Source of the DNA: Nitrospirota bacterium
GTDB lineage: Bacteria > Nitrospirota > UBA9217
DNA: 64,000 bases
Direction of reading: 5' to 3'
NCBI GenBank assembly: GCA_963740085.1
Contig: CAVUCU010000007.1
Location: forward strand, 160,001-224,000
Part shown: in pieces, positions 27,895 through 38,344 of the stretch
How positions within the stretch are numbered: position 1 is the first letter of the stretch
Layout of the letters: each line of letters opens with the position of its first letter
Position numbers and translations under genes: made by a program
The notes under the pieces: generated by a model
Seen by the model: only the letters and a program-made list of their open reading frames with translations
What the model was told of the DNA's origin: nothing
Database searches by the model: none

Positions 27895-28344
27895 ATGGCA
27901 TATACCCGATCACTGATCTTTGTTCTTACAGTCTTGGTGGGAATGATCGCTGCACCTGCATATCCGGCGGACGAGCTCTTCGATACCGCAGCAGCATCAA
28001 AGCATATGGACCAGGGAATTTCCTGTTTGAAGGCAAAGGATTTTGATGCGGCCATAAAAGAATTCAATGAATCAGCATCCATCGCCCCCGAAGCGGAAGC
28101 CTACTATTACCTCGGGTACGCATATTATATGAAAAGCAGAAAAGTCGACGGGGAAAGTCGAAGAATGTCCCGGGAAAATTTCGAACAAGCATACGAAATA
28201 GACCCGAACTTCTCTCCGACCCGATATAAACCGTCCGAACCGGCACTTCAGCAGACAACCGAGGAGCCGTCTGCGGCAGCGGTACCTGTCGTCCCGCAAC
28301 CGGCCGAGCAGCAGCCGCCGACGCCGGAGCAGCCGAACCCATAA
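27895..28344 (+). CDS. Exported TPR protein with Pro/Gln-rich tail
   Basis: Signal peptide, AYYYLGYAYY and FEQAYEIDP. Confidence 0.8.
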   Translation: MAYTRSLIFVLTVLVGMIAAPAYPADELFDTAAASKHMDQGISCLKAKDFDAAIKEFNESASIAPEAEAYYYLGYAYYMKSRKVDGESRRMSRENFEQAYEIDPNFSPTRYKPSEPALQQTTEEPSAAAVPVVPQPAEQQPPTPEQPNP

Positions 28345-28370
28345 GCTGCTAAAAACGCCCTCAACGATAC

Positions 28371-28400
28371 AAGCCACCGTCAGCAGCCGGTGGCTTTTCT
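28371..28400 (+). terminator. Intrinsic terminator
   Basis: AAGCCACCG-N8-CGGTGGCTT-TTCT. Confidence 0.65.
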
Positions 28401-28476
28401 CAATGGTGGATCACCGTTCCAGCAATGGCTTTCCCGACTGCCTCTTTCGACCTGCTATACTCGCAGGTGAAAAAGG

Positions 28477-28755
28477 TCACCCGCTTGTCATCAACTCAAG
28501 CTCTTCCAGAAACCGCAGCGCATGCTCCCGGTTCGTTCCGCAGGATTCCGACGCCTGGTAAGAACGACAAATTGCGGGCCGTCCGAGCTGGCCGTAGATT
28601 CCACAGAGGTTGTCCGGGGTAAGTTGGATGCACCGGACGCCCGCGGGTTTTCCTTCCGGCATGCCCGGAATCCGCGACGAAAGCGAGGGCGCAATGCAGC
28701 AGGCGCCGCACCCGATGCGGCAAGAGATTTGTTCTCTCTCGTGGATACTGTTCAT
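28477..28755 (-). CDS. YkgJ/UPF0153 Cys-cluster protein
   Basis: CRIGCGACCIAPSLSS, GKPAGVRCIQL and CGIY..RPAIC. Confidence 0.85.
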   Translation of the reverse strand: MNSIHEREQISCRIGCGACCIAPSLSSRIPGMPEGKPAGVRCIQLTPDNLCGIYGQLGRPAICRSYQASESCGTNREHALRFLEELELMTSG

Positions 28756-28900
28756 AATAAGAAGTCGGTGTTCTTCATAAAAGTGGATGGTCCATGCGTG
28801 AATAAAGTGAATGCCAATGGATGACCACGGAGACACTGAGACCGGGGAAAGGCGCGGGAAACTCGGGTTCCGGAATCACGGTCGTACTCGGGGGGCATGA

Positions 28901-29929
28901 TCATAGGCCCGGAAGCTTACGCTTCTTGAACGTGGCGAGGCTCTTGACCTGCGCGAGCAACCTCTCGAATTCCCTGAAGTGAAGCGATTGGGCCCCGTCG
29001 GAAAGCGCATGCTCCGGATCAGGATGGATCTCAACCATGGCCCCGTGGGCTCCCACCACAACAGCGGCCAGCGCAGTGGGAAGCACGAGGTCTCTCTTTC
29101 CTGTTGCATGGCTCGGATCGAAGATGACCGGAAGATGGGTCATTTTTTTTACCAGGGGAATAATGGCAAGGTCCGCCGTATTCCTTGTCGCGGTTTCAAA
29201 TGTCCGTATACCTCGCTCGCACAGGACCACGTTGGGATTGCCGTGAAGCAGAATGTACTCGGCCGAACCAAACCACTCCTCGACCGTTGCCGAGAGACCG
29301 CGCTTCAGGATGACCGGTTTCCTGGTCTTGCCGACCTCGGTCAGAAGATCAAAGTTCTGCATGTTCCGCGCCCCGATCTGGAGGATATCGACTTTTTTCG
29401 CGACACGCTCCACGTGCTCGGGACTCACGATCTCGGTAACGACGAGCATGCCCGTCTCCTTCCTCACCTCATCGAGCAGTTCAAGTCCCCCCTCGCGGAG
29501 CCCCTGAAAGCTGTGCGGGCTCGTCCTCGGCTTGTACGCCCCGCCGCGCAGTACCGCAACTCCTCGCTTCCTGAGGAACTTTGCCGTTTTCATGAGCTGC
29601 TCTCTGCTCTCGACCGCGCAGGGACCTGCGATCATGAGGAAGGGCGATCTCCCGCCGACCGTGACCGTTCCGCCGAGGGAAACCACCGAATCCCTTGGAT
29701 GGAAGTCGCGGCTCACGAGCTTGTACGGCTTGGTTACATGAATGATCTCCCGGATCGCCTTGTTGTCCCGCAGCGGTGAATCGTCCACCCACCCCTGGTT
29801 CCCGATCACGCCGATGGCCGTACGCACGGCCCCGGGAATGGCAACGGGCTTGAGTCCCATCGTCGTGATGGTCTTCTTTATCTGTGAGATATCCCTGGCA
29901 CTCGCCGAATGATGGAGAACGATAAGCAT
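28901..29929 (-). CDS. aroF: 3-deoxy-7-phosphoheptulonate (DAHP) synthase, type I-beta with N-terminal regulatory domain
   Basis: IAGPCAVES, GGAYKPRTSP, QIGARNMQNF and DPSHATG. Confidence 0.95.
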   Translation of the reverse strand: MLIVLHHSASARDISQIKKTITTMGLKPVAIPGAVRTAIGVIGNQGWVDDSPLRDNKAIREIIHVTKPYKLVSRDFHPRDSVVSLGGTVTVGGRSPFLMIAGPCAVESREQLMKTAKFLRKRGVAVLRGGAYKPRTSPHSFQGLREGGLELLDEVRKETGMLVVTEIVSPEHVERVAKKVDILQIGARNMQNFDLLTEVGKTRKPVILKRGLSATVEEWFGSAEYILLHGNPNVVLCERGIRTFETATRNTADLAIIPLVKKMTHLPVIFDPSHATGKRDLVLPTALAAVVVGAHGAMVEIHPDPEHALSDGAQSLHFREFERLLAQVKSLATFKKRKLPGL

Positions 29930-29930
29930 A

Positions 29931-30155
29931 TCAAGATTCCCCTTTTTTTGATGATCGTTCCCGCATTCTGCGCACGGTTATGCTTTCGCCGCCGATCCCC
30001 CAGTTGTCGGTATCGACCTCTTCAATGACCACGACCGTGGTCCGCGGATCCTTGCCCAGCACATCCTTCAGCATTTTGGTAACGCCCTGGATCAGGCTCG
30101 CCTTCTGGTCCGCTGTTGCGCCTTCTCTGGTTATCTTGATATTGACGTACGGCAT
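29931..30155 (-). CDS. 4-oxalocrotonate tautomerase family protein
   Basis: MPYVNIK (catalytic Pro1) and NWGIGG. Confidence 0.9.
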   Translation of the reverse strand: MPYVNIKITREGATADQKASLIQGVTKMLKDVLGKDPRTTVVVIEEVDTDNWGIGGESITVRRMRERSSKKGES

Positions 30156-30185
30156 CGACACCTCCCGCGATTCTTCATGCGATCC

Positions 30186-30797
30186 TTAAATCGGGAGCTT
30201 GATTTTATACCGGATCGCGAACATCCGCAAGGTGAATGTTACCACGATGCAGGCCGTGACCGCCATGATCTCGTTTCCCGCGCCACGCACGACTGCAAGG
30301 TAGCACCAGGCCCCGATGAACGAGCACGTGGCGTACAGCTCCGTTCGCTGAAACACATAGGGGACCTCGTTGCAAACAATATCACGCATCACGCCGCCGA
30401 ATACCGCGGTGGTCACGCCGAGCAGGGTCGAGACGAATGCGGCGCAACCGAGTTTATCGGCAACTGACGCGCCCGAGGCGCTGAAAAATCCGAGGCCCAG
30501 CGCGTCAAGAACGAGTACGACCATGATCATCTTACTGTCCTTGAACTGCCCGGCGATCACCCCCGATGCCAGAAGTGACATGATCAGCAGCAGGACCGCA
30601 TATTCATAATGCTCGATCCAGAACAGCGGATGACGGTTCAGGATAAGGTCGCGCAGGGACCCGCCGCCGAAGGCCGTGATCATGGCCACAGAATAGACGC
30701 CGACAATGTCCATCCCCTTCTTCCGGGCTGCAGAGATGCCCGTAAGAGCGAAGGCGATGATGCCGAAGACCTCGACTGTTTTGATGAGCGTATTCAT
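30186..30797 (-). CDS. TRIC channel / UPF0126 (YadS-like) membrane protein
   Basis: AFALTG, TAFGGGSLRD, DALGLG and GGVMRD. Confidence 0.88.
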   Translation of the reverse strand: MNTLIKTVEVFGIIAFALTGISAARKKGMDIVGVYSVAMITAFGGGSLRDLILNRHPLFWIEHYEYAVLLLIMSLLASGVIAGQFKDSKMIMVVLVLDALGLGFFSASGASVADKLGCAAFVSTLLGVTTAVFGGVMRDIVCNEVPYVFQRTELYATCSFIGAWCYLAVVRGAGNEIMAVTACIVVTFTLRMFAIRYKIKLPI

Positions 30798-30955
30798 TGC
30801 GCGCCGGACAACTACGGGCGAGTATTGCAAAAAGCACAGGTCACGTCAAGTGATATTTCTTGAAATGAGATCGACGTCGCGGTGAGAAAAAAGGTTGGTC
30901 GCGATACTGAGTTCTGCTGATCAGCCTGATGGGTAAGCCCAGGCCGCCGTTTATC

Positions 30956-32401
30956 CTACCGGTCTTCCTGGTGTTCGTCCTCGACGGAATGCCCTTTGAT
31001 CCCCAGTTCCTTGATCTTTTTCCGGAGGGTATTCCGGTTGATGCCCAGCAGGCTCGCTGCCCGCACCTGGTTTCCTTCGGTCTTCTTGAGCACCAGGGTG
31101 ATGAGCGGCTTCTCCACGCGCTGAAGCACCATGGAGTAAATGTCTCCCCGCTCGAGCCCGCCCATGCGTTCCACAAGATCAGCGAGCTTCTCTTCGAGAA
31201 AATTCTCGAACGAGAGGTGGGCGCCCTGTCCCGGCTTGAAGATCTGAGGCGGCAGCGCGTCGGGGAATATCTTGTCGCCCTGTGACAGGGTGATGGCCCG
31301 CTGGATCGCGTTCTCAAGCTCGCGCACGTTGCCCGGCCAGTCGTACGCACGCAGGATCTTGATTGTCTCCGGGGTCAAAACCTTTTTTGTCACCCCGCTC
31401 GCCTGATATTTCTCCATGAAATATTCAGCAAGCTGAAGGATGTCATCTTTGCGTTTTCTGAGAGGCGGGATGTTGATCTGGATCACGTTGAGGCGATAGA
31501 ACAGGTCTTCCCGGAACCGCTTGTCGCGCACCGCTCTCTCGAGGTTGTGGTGGGTGGCCGCGAGGACGCGGACATCGGTCTTGATCGGCTCCGTACCGCC
31601 GACGCGCTCGAGCTCCTTTTCCTGGAGAACGCGCAGGAGCTTTCCCTGGAGCGGCAGGTCCATGTCGCCGATCTCGTCGAGGAACAGGGTCCCGCCTGCT
31701 GCGGCCTCGAACTTGCCGATCTTGCGGCCGATCGCTCCGGTAAACGCGCCCTTCTCGTGTCCGAACAGTTCGCTCTCGAGCAGCTCTGAAGGAATGGCTG
31801 CTGAATTCACGGGCACGAAAGGCCGGCCCGCTCGCTTGCTGTGATAGTGGATCGCGCGCGCAACCAATTCCTTGCCCGTGCCGCTTTCCCCGTGGATCAG
31901 GACCGTGGCATCGCTTTCCGCCACGCGGCCGATCGTCTTGTAGATCTCCTGCATGGAAGCCGTATTGCCGACAAGCCCTCCCTCATATTTCTCCCGCACC
32001 TCGGCGCGGAGCGCGGTCACTTCCTGCGATAGACGTCTGACCTCTATGGCTTTCTTCACGAGGAGATTCACCTCGTCGAGGTCAAAGGGCTTGGTGATAT
32101 AATCGAAGGCGCCCCGCCGCATGGCCTCGATCGCGTTCTGCATCGTTGCCTGGGCGGTCATGATGATGACCGAGATCCCGTGCCCGTCGGCGTGGATCTT
32201 GTCAAGCGCCTCTAATCCGCTCATCCCGGGCATGCGGATGTCCATGAGCACGATCGCGACATCGCCTTCTTTGAGACGCTCAAGCCCCTCGGTCGAATCC
32301 TTTGCCAGGATCGTCTCTATGCCCTCTTTTTCGAGGGCCTTCTTGAGCACCCAGCGGACACTCTCGTCGTCGTCGACTATAAGTACCTTTTCGTTTGTCA
32401 T
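30956..32401 (-). CDS. ntrC: Nitrogen regulation response regulator NtrC
   Basis: DDDESVRWVL, GESGTGKE, GAFTGA and the HTH GNQVRAASLLGINRNTLRKK; downstream of ntrB. Confidence 0.9.
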   Translation of the reverse strand: MTNEKVLIVDDDESVRWVLKKALEKEGIETILAKDSTEGLERLKEGDVAIVLMDIRMPGMSGLEALDKIHADGHGISVIIMTAQATMQNAIEAMRRGAFDYITKPFDLDEVNLLVKKAIEVRRLSQEVTALRAEVREKYEGGLVGNTASMQEIYKTIGRVAESDATVLIHGESGTGKELVARAIHYHSKRAGRPFVPVNSAAIPSELLESELFGHEKGAFTGAIGRKIGKFEAAAGGTLFLDEIGDMDLPLQGKLLRVLQEKELERVGGTEPIKTDVRVLAATHHNLERAVRDKRFREDLFYRLNVIQINIPPLRKRKDDILQLAEYFMEKYQASGVTKKVLTPETIKILRAYDWPGNVRELENAIQRAITLSQGDKIFPDALPPQIFKPGQGAHLSFENFLEEKLADLVERMGGLERGDIYSMVLQRVEKPLITLVLKKTEGNQVRAASLLGINRNTLRKKIKELGIKGHSVEDEHQEDR

Positions 32402-32457
32402 AATCTTTTAACCGGAACAACAACATTGCCTTTATTTACGTCAGGTCCGTGCATCAC

Positions 32458-32489
32458 ACTCCGAACTCCGAACTAAAAAACTCCGAACA
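32458..32489. repeat. Heptamer tandem repeat (ACTCCGA)n
   Basis: ACTCCGAACTCCGAACTAAAAAACTCCGAAC. Confidence 0.55.
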
Positions 32490-32492
32490 CGT

Positions 32493-33602
32493 TCATCCCG
32501 CCAGCGGCAGATATACGCTGAACGTCGTGCCTTCTTTCTCCTGGCTCTCGACGCGGATCGTTCCCAGATGTTCTTGCACGATCTGATACGAGAGCGCCAG
32601 GCCCAGCCCCACACCCCGGTCCTTGGTCGTGAAAAAAGGGGTGAAGATGTTTTGCAGGTCTTGCGGCTTGATGCCGGCGCCGGTGTCGCTTACCTTCACG
32701 ACCATGAGCTGGTATTTCCTTCCGTCGGACTGCACGGTCGTGAACAGGTCCGACATCCTTGTCATGATGGTAAGCCTGCCGCCCTTCGGCATGGCCTCCA
32801 CGGCATTCTTGACGATATTCAAGAATACCTGGACCAGCTGGTCCTGGTTCCCCGTGATGTCCGGCAGGCTCGGGTCGTACATTCGGGAGAGGACCACGCC
32901 ATTCTGCCTCACGTTCTGCTCATTCAGGAGCAATACCCGGTCAAGGATGCTGTGAACATTATGGCCCTTCATCTCTCGCGGCTTGAGCCTTGTGAAATCG
33001 AGGATCCCTTCGAGCACGCTGTTCAACCGGTCCGCTTCCTTCAGGATCACATCAAGATATTCGTCCAGGCTCTTCCCGGAACGAAGCTCCGATTTCATGA
33101 GCTGCGCCGCACCCCGAATGCCTACGAGAGGATTCTTGACCTCGTGGGCGATGCCCGCCGCGATCATCCCGAGCGTTGCCAGCCGGTCCGATCTCCGCAT
33201 CCGCTCCTTCAGGTCCCGGACACCGGTCTGGTCCCGCACCGTCAGGATCACTCCCAGGGGAATGCCCTCGCCGTCCATGAGTACGCTCGTTACCAGGCCC
33301 ACGGGGCGCAGAGACCCGTGCCTTATCATGATCTCTGCCTCGTAATCCGAATACGACCTTCCGGATTTGAGCGTTTTTTCGATCAAGCTCACCGCTGCCG
33401 GATTGTCTGAAAACACCGTATTCATCTGTTTCCCGATGGCCTCTGCCCCGGCGATACCGGTCATCTCCTCGGCGGCCCGGTTCCAGATGAGGACCTTGTT
33501 GGAGGCGTCAGTCACGATCACGCCGTCAACGATACCGGTCAGGATATCGGCGGTCAGATCTTGTATGCGGGGTGAGAATGACTCCATGCTTATTGATATC
33601 AC
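32493..33602 (-). CDS. ntrB: PAS histidine kinase NtrB
   Basis: AHEVKNPLVGIRGAAQL, EADRL, YDPSLP and QLVQVFLNIVKNA. Confidence 0.88.
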   Translation of the reverse strand: MISISMESFSPRIQDLTADILTGIVDGVIVTDASNKVLIWNRAAEEMTGIAGAEAIGKQMNTVFSDNPAAVSLIEKTLKSGRSYSDYEAEIMIRHGSLRPVGLVTSVLMDGEGIPLGVILTVRDQTGVRDLKERMRRSDRLATLGMIAAGIAHEVKNPLVGIRGAAQLMKSELRSGKSLDEYLDVILKEADRLNSVLEGILDFTRLKPREMKGHNVHSILDRVLLLNEQNVRQNGVVLSRMYDPSLPDITGNQDQLVQVFLNIVKNAVEAMPKGGRLTIMTRMSDLFTTVQSDGRKYQLMVVKVSDTGAGIKPQDLQNIFTPFFTTKDRGVGLGLALSYQIVQEHLGTIRVESQEKEGTTFSVYLPLAG

Positions 33603-33701
33603 AATATATTTGAGTATTCAAGCGAATTCATGGTAAAGTGGGGCACACTTTGCGCAAATGCGCTGGTGTATTGACACGCTCTGCTTTCTGCGCTCCGCAC
33701 T

Positions 33702-34613
33702 ATGCAAACTTCACTAAATCCTCGTCTCCTCTTGGTCGCAATTATCTGGGGCGTGAACTTCGCCTTCGTAAAGTACGCCCTTGCCGACTTTTCCCCCTTG
33801 AGTTTCACGACGCTGCGGTTTTTCCTTGCAACGCTCTTTCTCCTCTTCGTCATGCTCGTAAACCGTGAACCGCTCACCATCGATCGCCGCGACGTACGTG
33901 CGGTATTCAGACTCGGCTTCATCGGGATCGCGCTCTACAATATTCTCTTTATGGAGGGCCTCAACTTTACCACCGCATCGAACTCAGCCCTGTTCATTTC
34001 ATCCTCGCCGCTCTTTGCCGCGCTCATTCTTGCACTGAAAAATAAGGAGCGAGTTCCTGCGCAGACCGTCCTGGGGCTCCTGTTGTCAACTATCGGGGTT
34101 TTTCTTATCATTCAGAGCAGGCCCGGCGGCCTCAACTTCTCCCGCCGCGACCTCGCCGGCGACCTGCTCACCATCTGTGCAGCCGCGTGTTGGGCGCTTT
34201 ACACCATACAGGCCAAGCCCCTTCTTGAAAAATATTCCGCTGTCAAGGTCACCGCGTATAGCATGGCAGCAGGAACCGTGCTGCTCCTGCCGGTCAGCTG
34301 CTATGAACTCCTGCATCAGTCCTGGAGTTCAGTGCCGGTCCGCTCCTGGGCCGCCTTCTCGTTCTCCACCTTCGTCTCCGGCGGCATCGCCTTTACCCTC
34401 TGGTATCAAGGGGTGCAGACGATCGGCGTTACCCGCACGGTCGCGTATCAGTACCTCGTCCCCTTTGTGGCAGTGCTGTTCTCTGCCTTTTTTCTAGGTG
34501 AGCGGATCACCTTCCTCCAGATCACCGGAGGCATATCCATCCTCGCCGGCGTATATCTCGTGCAGAGAGAAAAACCCGACGGTGGAAAAGATGAACGGTT
34601 GAAAGATCAGTAA
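33702..34613 (+). CDS. DMT/EamA-family transporter
   Basis: IIWGVNFAFVK and GDLLTICAAACWALY; ~10 TM helices. Confidence 0.88.
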   Translation: MQTSLNPRLLLVAIIWGVNFAFVKYALADFSPLSFTTLRFFLATLFLLFVMLVNREPLTIDRRDVRAVFRLGFIGIALYNILFMEGLNFTTASNSALFISSSPLFAALILALKNKERVPAQTVLGLLLSTIGVFLIIQSRPGGLNFSRRDLAGDLLTICAAACWALYTIQAKPLLEKYSAVKVTAYSMAAGTVLLLPVSCYELLHQSWSSVPVRSWAAFSFSTFVSGGIAFTLWYQGVQTIGVTRTVAYQYLVPFVAVLFSAFFLGERITFLQITGGISILAGVYLVQREKPDGGKDERLKDQ

Positions 34614-34654
34614 TGGTACTCGTTCCTTTTACCTTGAGTTTCTGCCTTCCTGCC

Positions 34655-36010
34655 CTAATGCGTGTACCCTGTCTCTCCGTGTTGGCTGATATCGAGACCT
34701 TCGGTCTCCTGCTCCAGGTCGACCCTCAGCCCCATCACCTTCTCGATGATCATGAACAGGCCTGTACTGACCACAAATGAATAAACAGCGACAAGCGCGA
34801 CCGATCCCGCCTGCACGGCCAGTTGCTTCGGATTGCCGAAGAGCAGTCCGTTTGCGCCTGCTGCGTTGATGGCGATCGACGCAAAGACCCCGGCCAGGAT
34901 CGTACCGAGTGCCCCTCCCACGCCGTGCACACCGAACGCATCGAGGGAATCATCATATTTGAACATGGTCTTGGCGTTCAGCGCGGTATAACAGAGAACC
35001 CCCGCGGCCATCCCGATGAAAAGAGCCGATATGGGCCCCACGAAACCGGCGGCCGGCGTGACCGTAGCAAGTCCGGCTATAGCGCCGGTCGCGGCGCCGA
35101 ACATGGTCGGCTTCCCCCGGTGGAACCATTCGATAAACGTCCAGGTAAGCGTTGCTGAGACAGCGGCCATATGGGTAGTAACAAAGGCCATGGTCGCAAG
35201 CGATCCCGCTGACAGGGCGCTGCCGGCATTGAACCCGAACCACCCGAACCAGAGAAGTCCGGCGCCGAGAACGGTCATGGGGAGATCGTGAGGAGGCATA
35301 TGCTCCTGCAGAAAACCCTTTCTCTTCCCTATATAGAGTGCAGCGGCCAGGGCGGAAAAACCGGAAGTCGCGTGCACGACGATGCCGCCGGCAAAGTCGA
35401 GCACACCGAAGTTTTTCAACCATCCGCCTGCGCCCCAGACCCAGTGAGCCACGGGATCGTACACGATCGTGGTCCAGACCAATGTAAAGATCAGGAATGA
35501 GGAGAATTTTATCCGTTCCGCAAAGGCGCCGCTAATGAGTGCCGGAGTGATGACCGCGAACATCATTTGATAGATCATAAACGCGAGATGCGGCACCGTG
35601 GGCGCGTAATCCGCATTCGGCGTCAGGCCGACATTGCCGAGTCCCGCCCAACTCAGGTTGCCGATAATCCCCTTCACATCAGGGCCGAAGGAAAGAGAGT
35701 ATCCAACGAGTATCCATTGGACACTTACAAGCGCGATCGCGATGAAACTATGCATGATGGTTCCAAGAACATTCTTACTCCTCACCATGCCGCCGTAGAA
35801 CAGAGCGAGCCCCGGGGTCATGAGCATGACCAGCGCCGTGGACATCAGGATCCATGCGGTATCGCCCGAATCTATTTTTAAAACCGCAGTCCCGGCGGGC
35901 GTAGCGGTCGCTGCCGGTACAGTATCCTGCGCCATCACTGCCAGCGGTACGAGCGCCAGCATGCAGACCAGGATAAGCATAACGAATCTCTTTGATCTTC
36001 CCGTCACCAT
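34655..36010 (-). CDS. amtB: Ammonium transporter Amt (copy 1)
   Basis: DFAGGIVVH, WFGWFGFNAGS and DDSLDAFGVHGVGG. Confidence 0.95.
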   Translation of the reverse strand: MVTGRSKRFVMLILVCMLALVPLAVMAQDTVPAATATPAGTAVLKIDSGDTAWILMSTALVMLMTPGLALFYGGMVRSKNVLGTIMHSFIAIALVSVQWILVGYSLSFGPDVKGIIGNLSWAGLGNVGLTPNADYAPTVPHLAFMIYQMMFAVITPALISGAFAERIKFSSFLIFTLVWTTIVYDPVAHWVWGAGGWLKNFGVLDFAGGIVVHATSGFSALAAALYIGKRKGFLQEHMPPHDLPMTVLGAGLLWFGWFGFNAGSALSAGSLATMAFVTTHMAAVSATLTWTFIEWFHRGKPTMFGAATGAIAGLATVTPAAGFVGPISALFIGMAAGVLCYTALNAKTMFKYDDSLDAFGVHGVGGALGTILAGVFASIAINAAGANGLLFGNPKQLAVQAGSVALVAVYSFVVSTGLFMIIEKVMGLRVDLEQETEGLDISQHGETGYTH

Positions 36011-36071
36011 TAATTCCTCCCTCGCTCCCTCGATATGGTTGCTCATCACATACCCACGTGCCTTATTTAAT

Positions 36072-36087
36072 AGCAAGTGACATGCCA
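36072..36087 (-). promoter_or_regulatory. sigma54 -24/-12 promoter (amt copy 1)
   Basis: TGGCATGTCACTTGCT; IHF-like ATAAAATCAAT at 36119-36129. Confidence 0.85.
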
Positions 36088-36180
36088 CTCTTTGATCAGG
36101 CGATTTTATCTCAAGGCCATTGATTTTATTGTTTTAATATAAGCTCGGCCCTGAAAAACTGTTTGAACGACCCTTAACAA

Positions 36181-36216
36181 CGATTATTATTTAGGCACGT
36201 GATTAATTAGTAGGCA
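36181..36216. promoter_or_regulatory. Tandem 17-bp enhancer sites (NtrC-like)
   Basis: CGATTATTATTTAGGCA-CG-TGATTAATTAGTAGGCA. Confidence 0.55.
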
Positions 36217-36370
36217 TACAGAACGAAAAACAGTTGCGGGCGGGACATGATTTCCATCGGATGACATTTTTTGATTCAGATATATTATGGAAGGAGTGGC
36301 TGCAGAGAGCGCCTTTATCCTCACTCATGCATGCAAGGTTCACTTGGACCAGGCTAATCAAAAGTACTCA

Positions 36371-36408
36371 TTGACATACAATAATTATCAGATTATAATC
36401 ATTATTAA
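36371..36408 (+). promoter_or_regulatory. Consensus sigma70 promoter with overlapping PerR/Fur-type box
   Basis: TTGACA-N17-TATAAT; TTATAATCATTATTA (36393-36407) is one mismatch from the Per box TTATAATNATTATAA. Confidence 0.8.
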
Positions 36409-36442
36409 ATAGGCATATATCAAACAGCAAAGGAGACTGAAC

Positions 36443-36895
36443 ATGTGCGTAGAGCATAGCGTCAATTGTTCATGCGGCAAGAGCAGCGCAGGCTTTAATT
36501 TTCGCGACGAGGTGCTGCCTTTTGAGGTCATTGTAAAACTGAACTGTCCGGCCTGCTCGCCAGGCGCCCTTTATGATCCATCAACCATGATTGCGGACAA
36601 CGGATGGGTCATCGAATTTGACATGGATGTTGCGCGCTTCATGCTGCAGAAAATAACACCTTCCGGCCGGGTGACCCCCGAGTTTATCTTTGACGAAGGT
36701 TACTGCACCTGGCGGGGGGTAACGCCATCTGACCACGTTGATTCAGTCAGCGAGCGCAACGAGCTTGTCAAGTTGGCCCAAACAGACCGCAAACGCTACT
36801 TCGATGAGTTCAAGAACTGGAGCAATAACCGGATGGCGCGTCTCGCGAGAGAAGGATGGAGAAAGGCAAATGAAAGAGAATCCGTCAAAACATAA
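36443..36895 (+). CDS. Cys-rich hypothetical protein (CxC...CxxC...C)
   Basis: AAAGGAG RBS; first gene after the promoter; CSCG, CPAC and GYCTW. Confidence 0.75.
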   Translation: MCVEHSVNCSCGKSSAGFNFRDEVLPFEVIVKLNCPACSPGALYDPSTMIADNGWVIEFDMDVARFMLQKITPSGRVTPEFIFDEGYCTWRGVTPSDHVDSVSERNELVKLAQTDRKRYFDEFKNWSNNRMARLAREGWRKANERESVKT

Positions 36896-37046
36896 AACCC
36901 GCGGTGTGAAGATCATCGCGGTGATGGATATTATTACGACCTGCCCCAAATGCGGCGGTGAGTTGGGCATCTGGTCAGAGGCTATCGAGACCTTGTGCAT
37001 TTTCTGCAATCATAAGGTCTTTGAAAAGGAGAATACCATCCACTAA
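36870..37046 (+). CDS. Small zinc-ribbon-like protein
   Basis: CPKCGG...CIFCNH; fills the operon gap; exact start uncertain. Confidence 0.6.
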   Translation: MKENPSKHKTRGVKIIAVMDIITTCPKCGGELGIWSEAIETLCIFCNHKVFEKENTIH

Positions 37047-37060
37047 ATATGGAGGGTGCT

Positions 37061-37540
37061 ATGAACCTTGTAATAGAAAAAATTCCCGGCGGCTTCGGCG
37101 TGGACGGACTGGCCCTCAAGAACGGGAAGTGCGGCTGCACCTCGGTACTTCCCTGCTGCTACAGCTGGTCCAAGGTCAGGCAGCGCGGAAATTCCTTTCA
37201 ATTCACGGCAAAGCTTTCCGGGCCTGACACACAAGACGTGTTTGCCTGGAGCTATACGGTGAAAAAAGGTGATATTCTCGTGGAGGTCAGCGTCGAGGAC
37301 GCGCGGGACAAAACGATCTTCTCAGGCTACTATCCGCCGGCCATCGAGGAGTGGACTTCAAAAGGCTGGGAAGTCATTAAAAAAGATGGTGACCGGGAGG
37401 ACTTCGGTTTGTGGCGCTGCTCTGCCTGTAAATGGTTATATAAAGAAAAGGACCGGCAGGTCAGGTTCGACGATCTGCCCGATGGCTGGAACTGCCCGGT
37501 CTGCAATTCCGGACGAGAGGTCTTTGAACAGGTCGGATGA
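37061..37540 (+). CDS. Rubredoxin-domain fusion protein
   Basis: C-terminal WRCSACKWLY...FDDLPDGWNCPVC; N-terminal CGC..PCC domain of unknown family. Confidence 0.82.
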   Translation: MNLVIEKIPGGFGVDGLALKNGKCGCTSVLPCCYSWSKVRQRGNSFQFTAKLSGPDTQDVFAWSYTVKKGDILVEVSVEDARDKTIFSGYYPPAIEEWTSKGWEVIKKDGDREDFGLWRCSACKWLYKEKDRQVRFDDLPDGWNCPVCNSGREVFEQVG

Positions 37541-37633
37541 ATAGCGGTCCTGATAATCCACTCCCCTTTTTTTTTGCTATACTAGAGAGTATTCCGGCAA
37601 CGGGGTTATCTTACACACAGGGAGGAAACGATC

Positions 37634-38212
37634 ATGCCATACGCACCAAAGGATTATACGAAGCTTGTGGGGATGGAGGGCTTCAGCGAAGCGCTATTAA
37701 AGAACCACTTCACTCTCTATCAGGGGTACGTGACGAACACGAACAAGGTGCTCGATACACTGGATCAGATGAGCAAGGATGGCAAGACCGCTACTCCCGA
37801 GTTTGCTGAATTGAAACGGCGGCTTGGCTGGGAATTCAATGGTATGCGGCTTCATGAATATTACTTTGAAAATCTCGGCAAGAAAGGCGGTATCAGCAAG
37901 GATGGCAAAGCGGCAAAGGCGATCAGCGCGAGTTTTGGGAGTTTAGAGGCCTGGGAGAAGGATTTCAGAGCCACCGGTGCCATGCGCGGCATTGGCTGGG
38001 TCGTTTTGTACCAGGACACAAACTCCAGCAGGCTTATCAATTTCTGGATCAATGAGCATGATGCCGGTCACCCCGCCGGATGCAATCCCCTCCTCATCAT
38101 GGACGTGTTCGAACATGCCTTCATGCTTGATTATGGCCTGAAGAAAGCTGATTATATAGAAGCATTTTTCAAGAACATCAACTGGTCCGCAGTTGACGCA
38201 CGCGTCAAATAG
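37634..38212 (+). CDS. sod: Fe/Mn superoxide dismutase
   Basis: Metal ligands in NHFTLYQGYV, LHEYYFENL and MDVFEHAF. Confidence 0.9.
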   Translation: MPYAPKDYTKLVGMEGFSEALLKNHFTLYQGYVTNTNKVLDTLDQMSKDGKTATPEFAELKRRLGWEFNGMRLHEYYFENLGKKGGISKDGKAAKAISASFGSLEAWEKDFRATGAMRGIGWVVLYQDTNSSRLINFWINEHDAGHPAGCNPLLIMDVFEHAFMLDYGLKKADYIEAFFKNINWSAVDARVK

Positions 38213-38344
38213 AGAATGATTTTCTCCCCCGAGGCGGGGATCGATCGGCAACGACATCCCCGCCTCACCTCCTCCGTCAACGGAGACCGACCGGTCATAA
38301 AATTCAACGAGGCAGTGCATATTATTGAAAGGAGCATTTCAGCA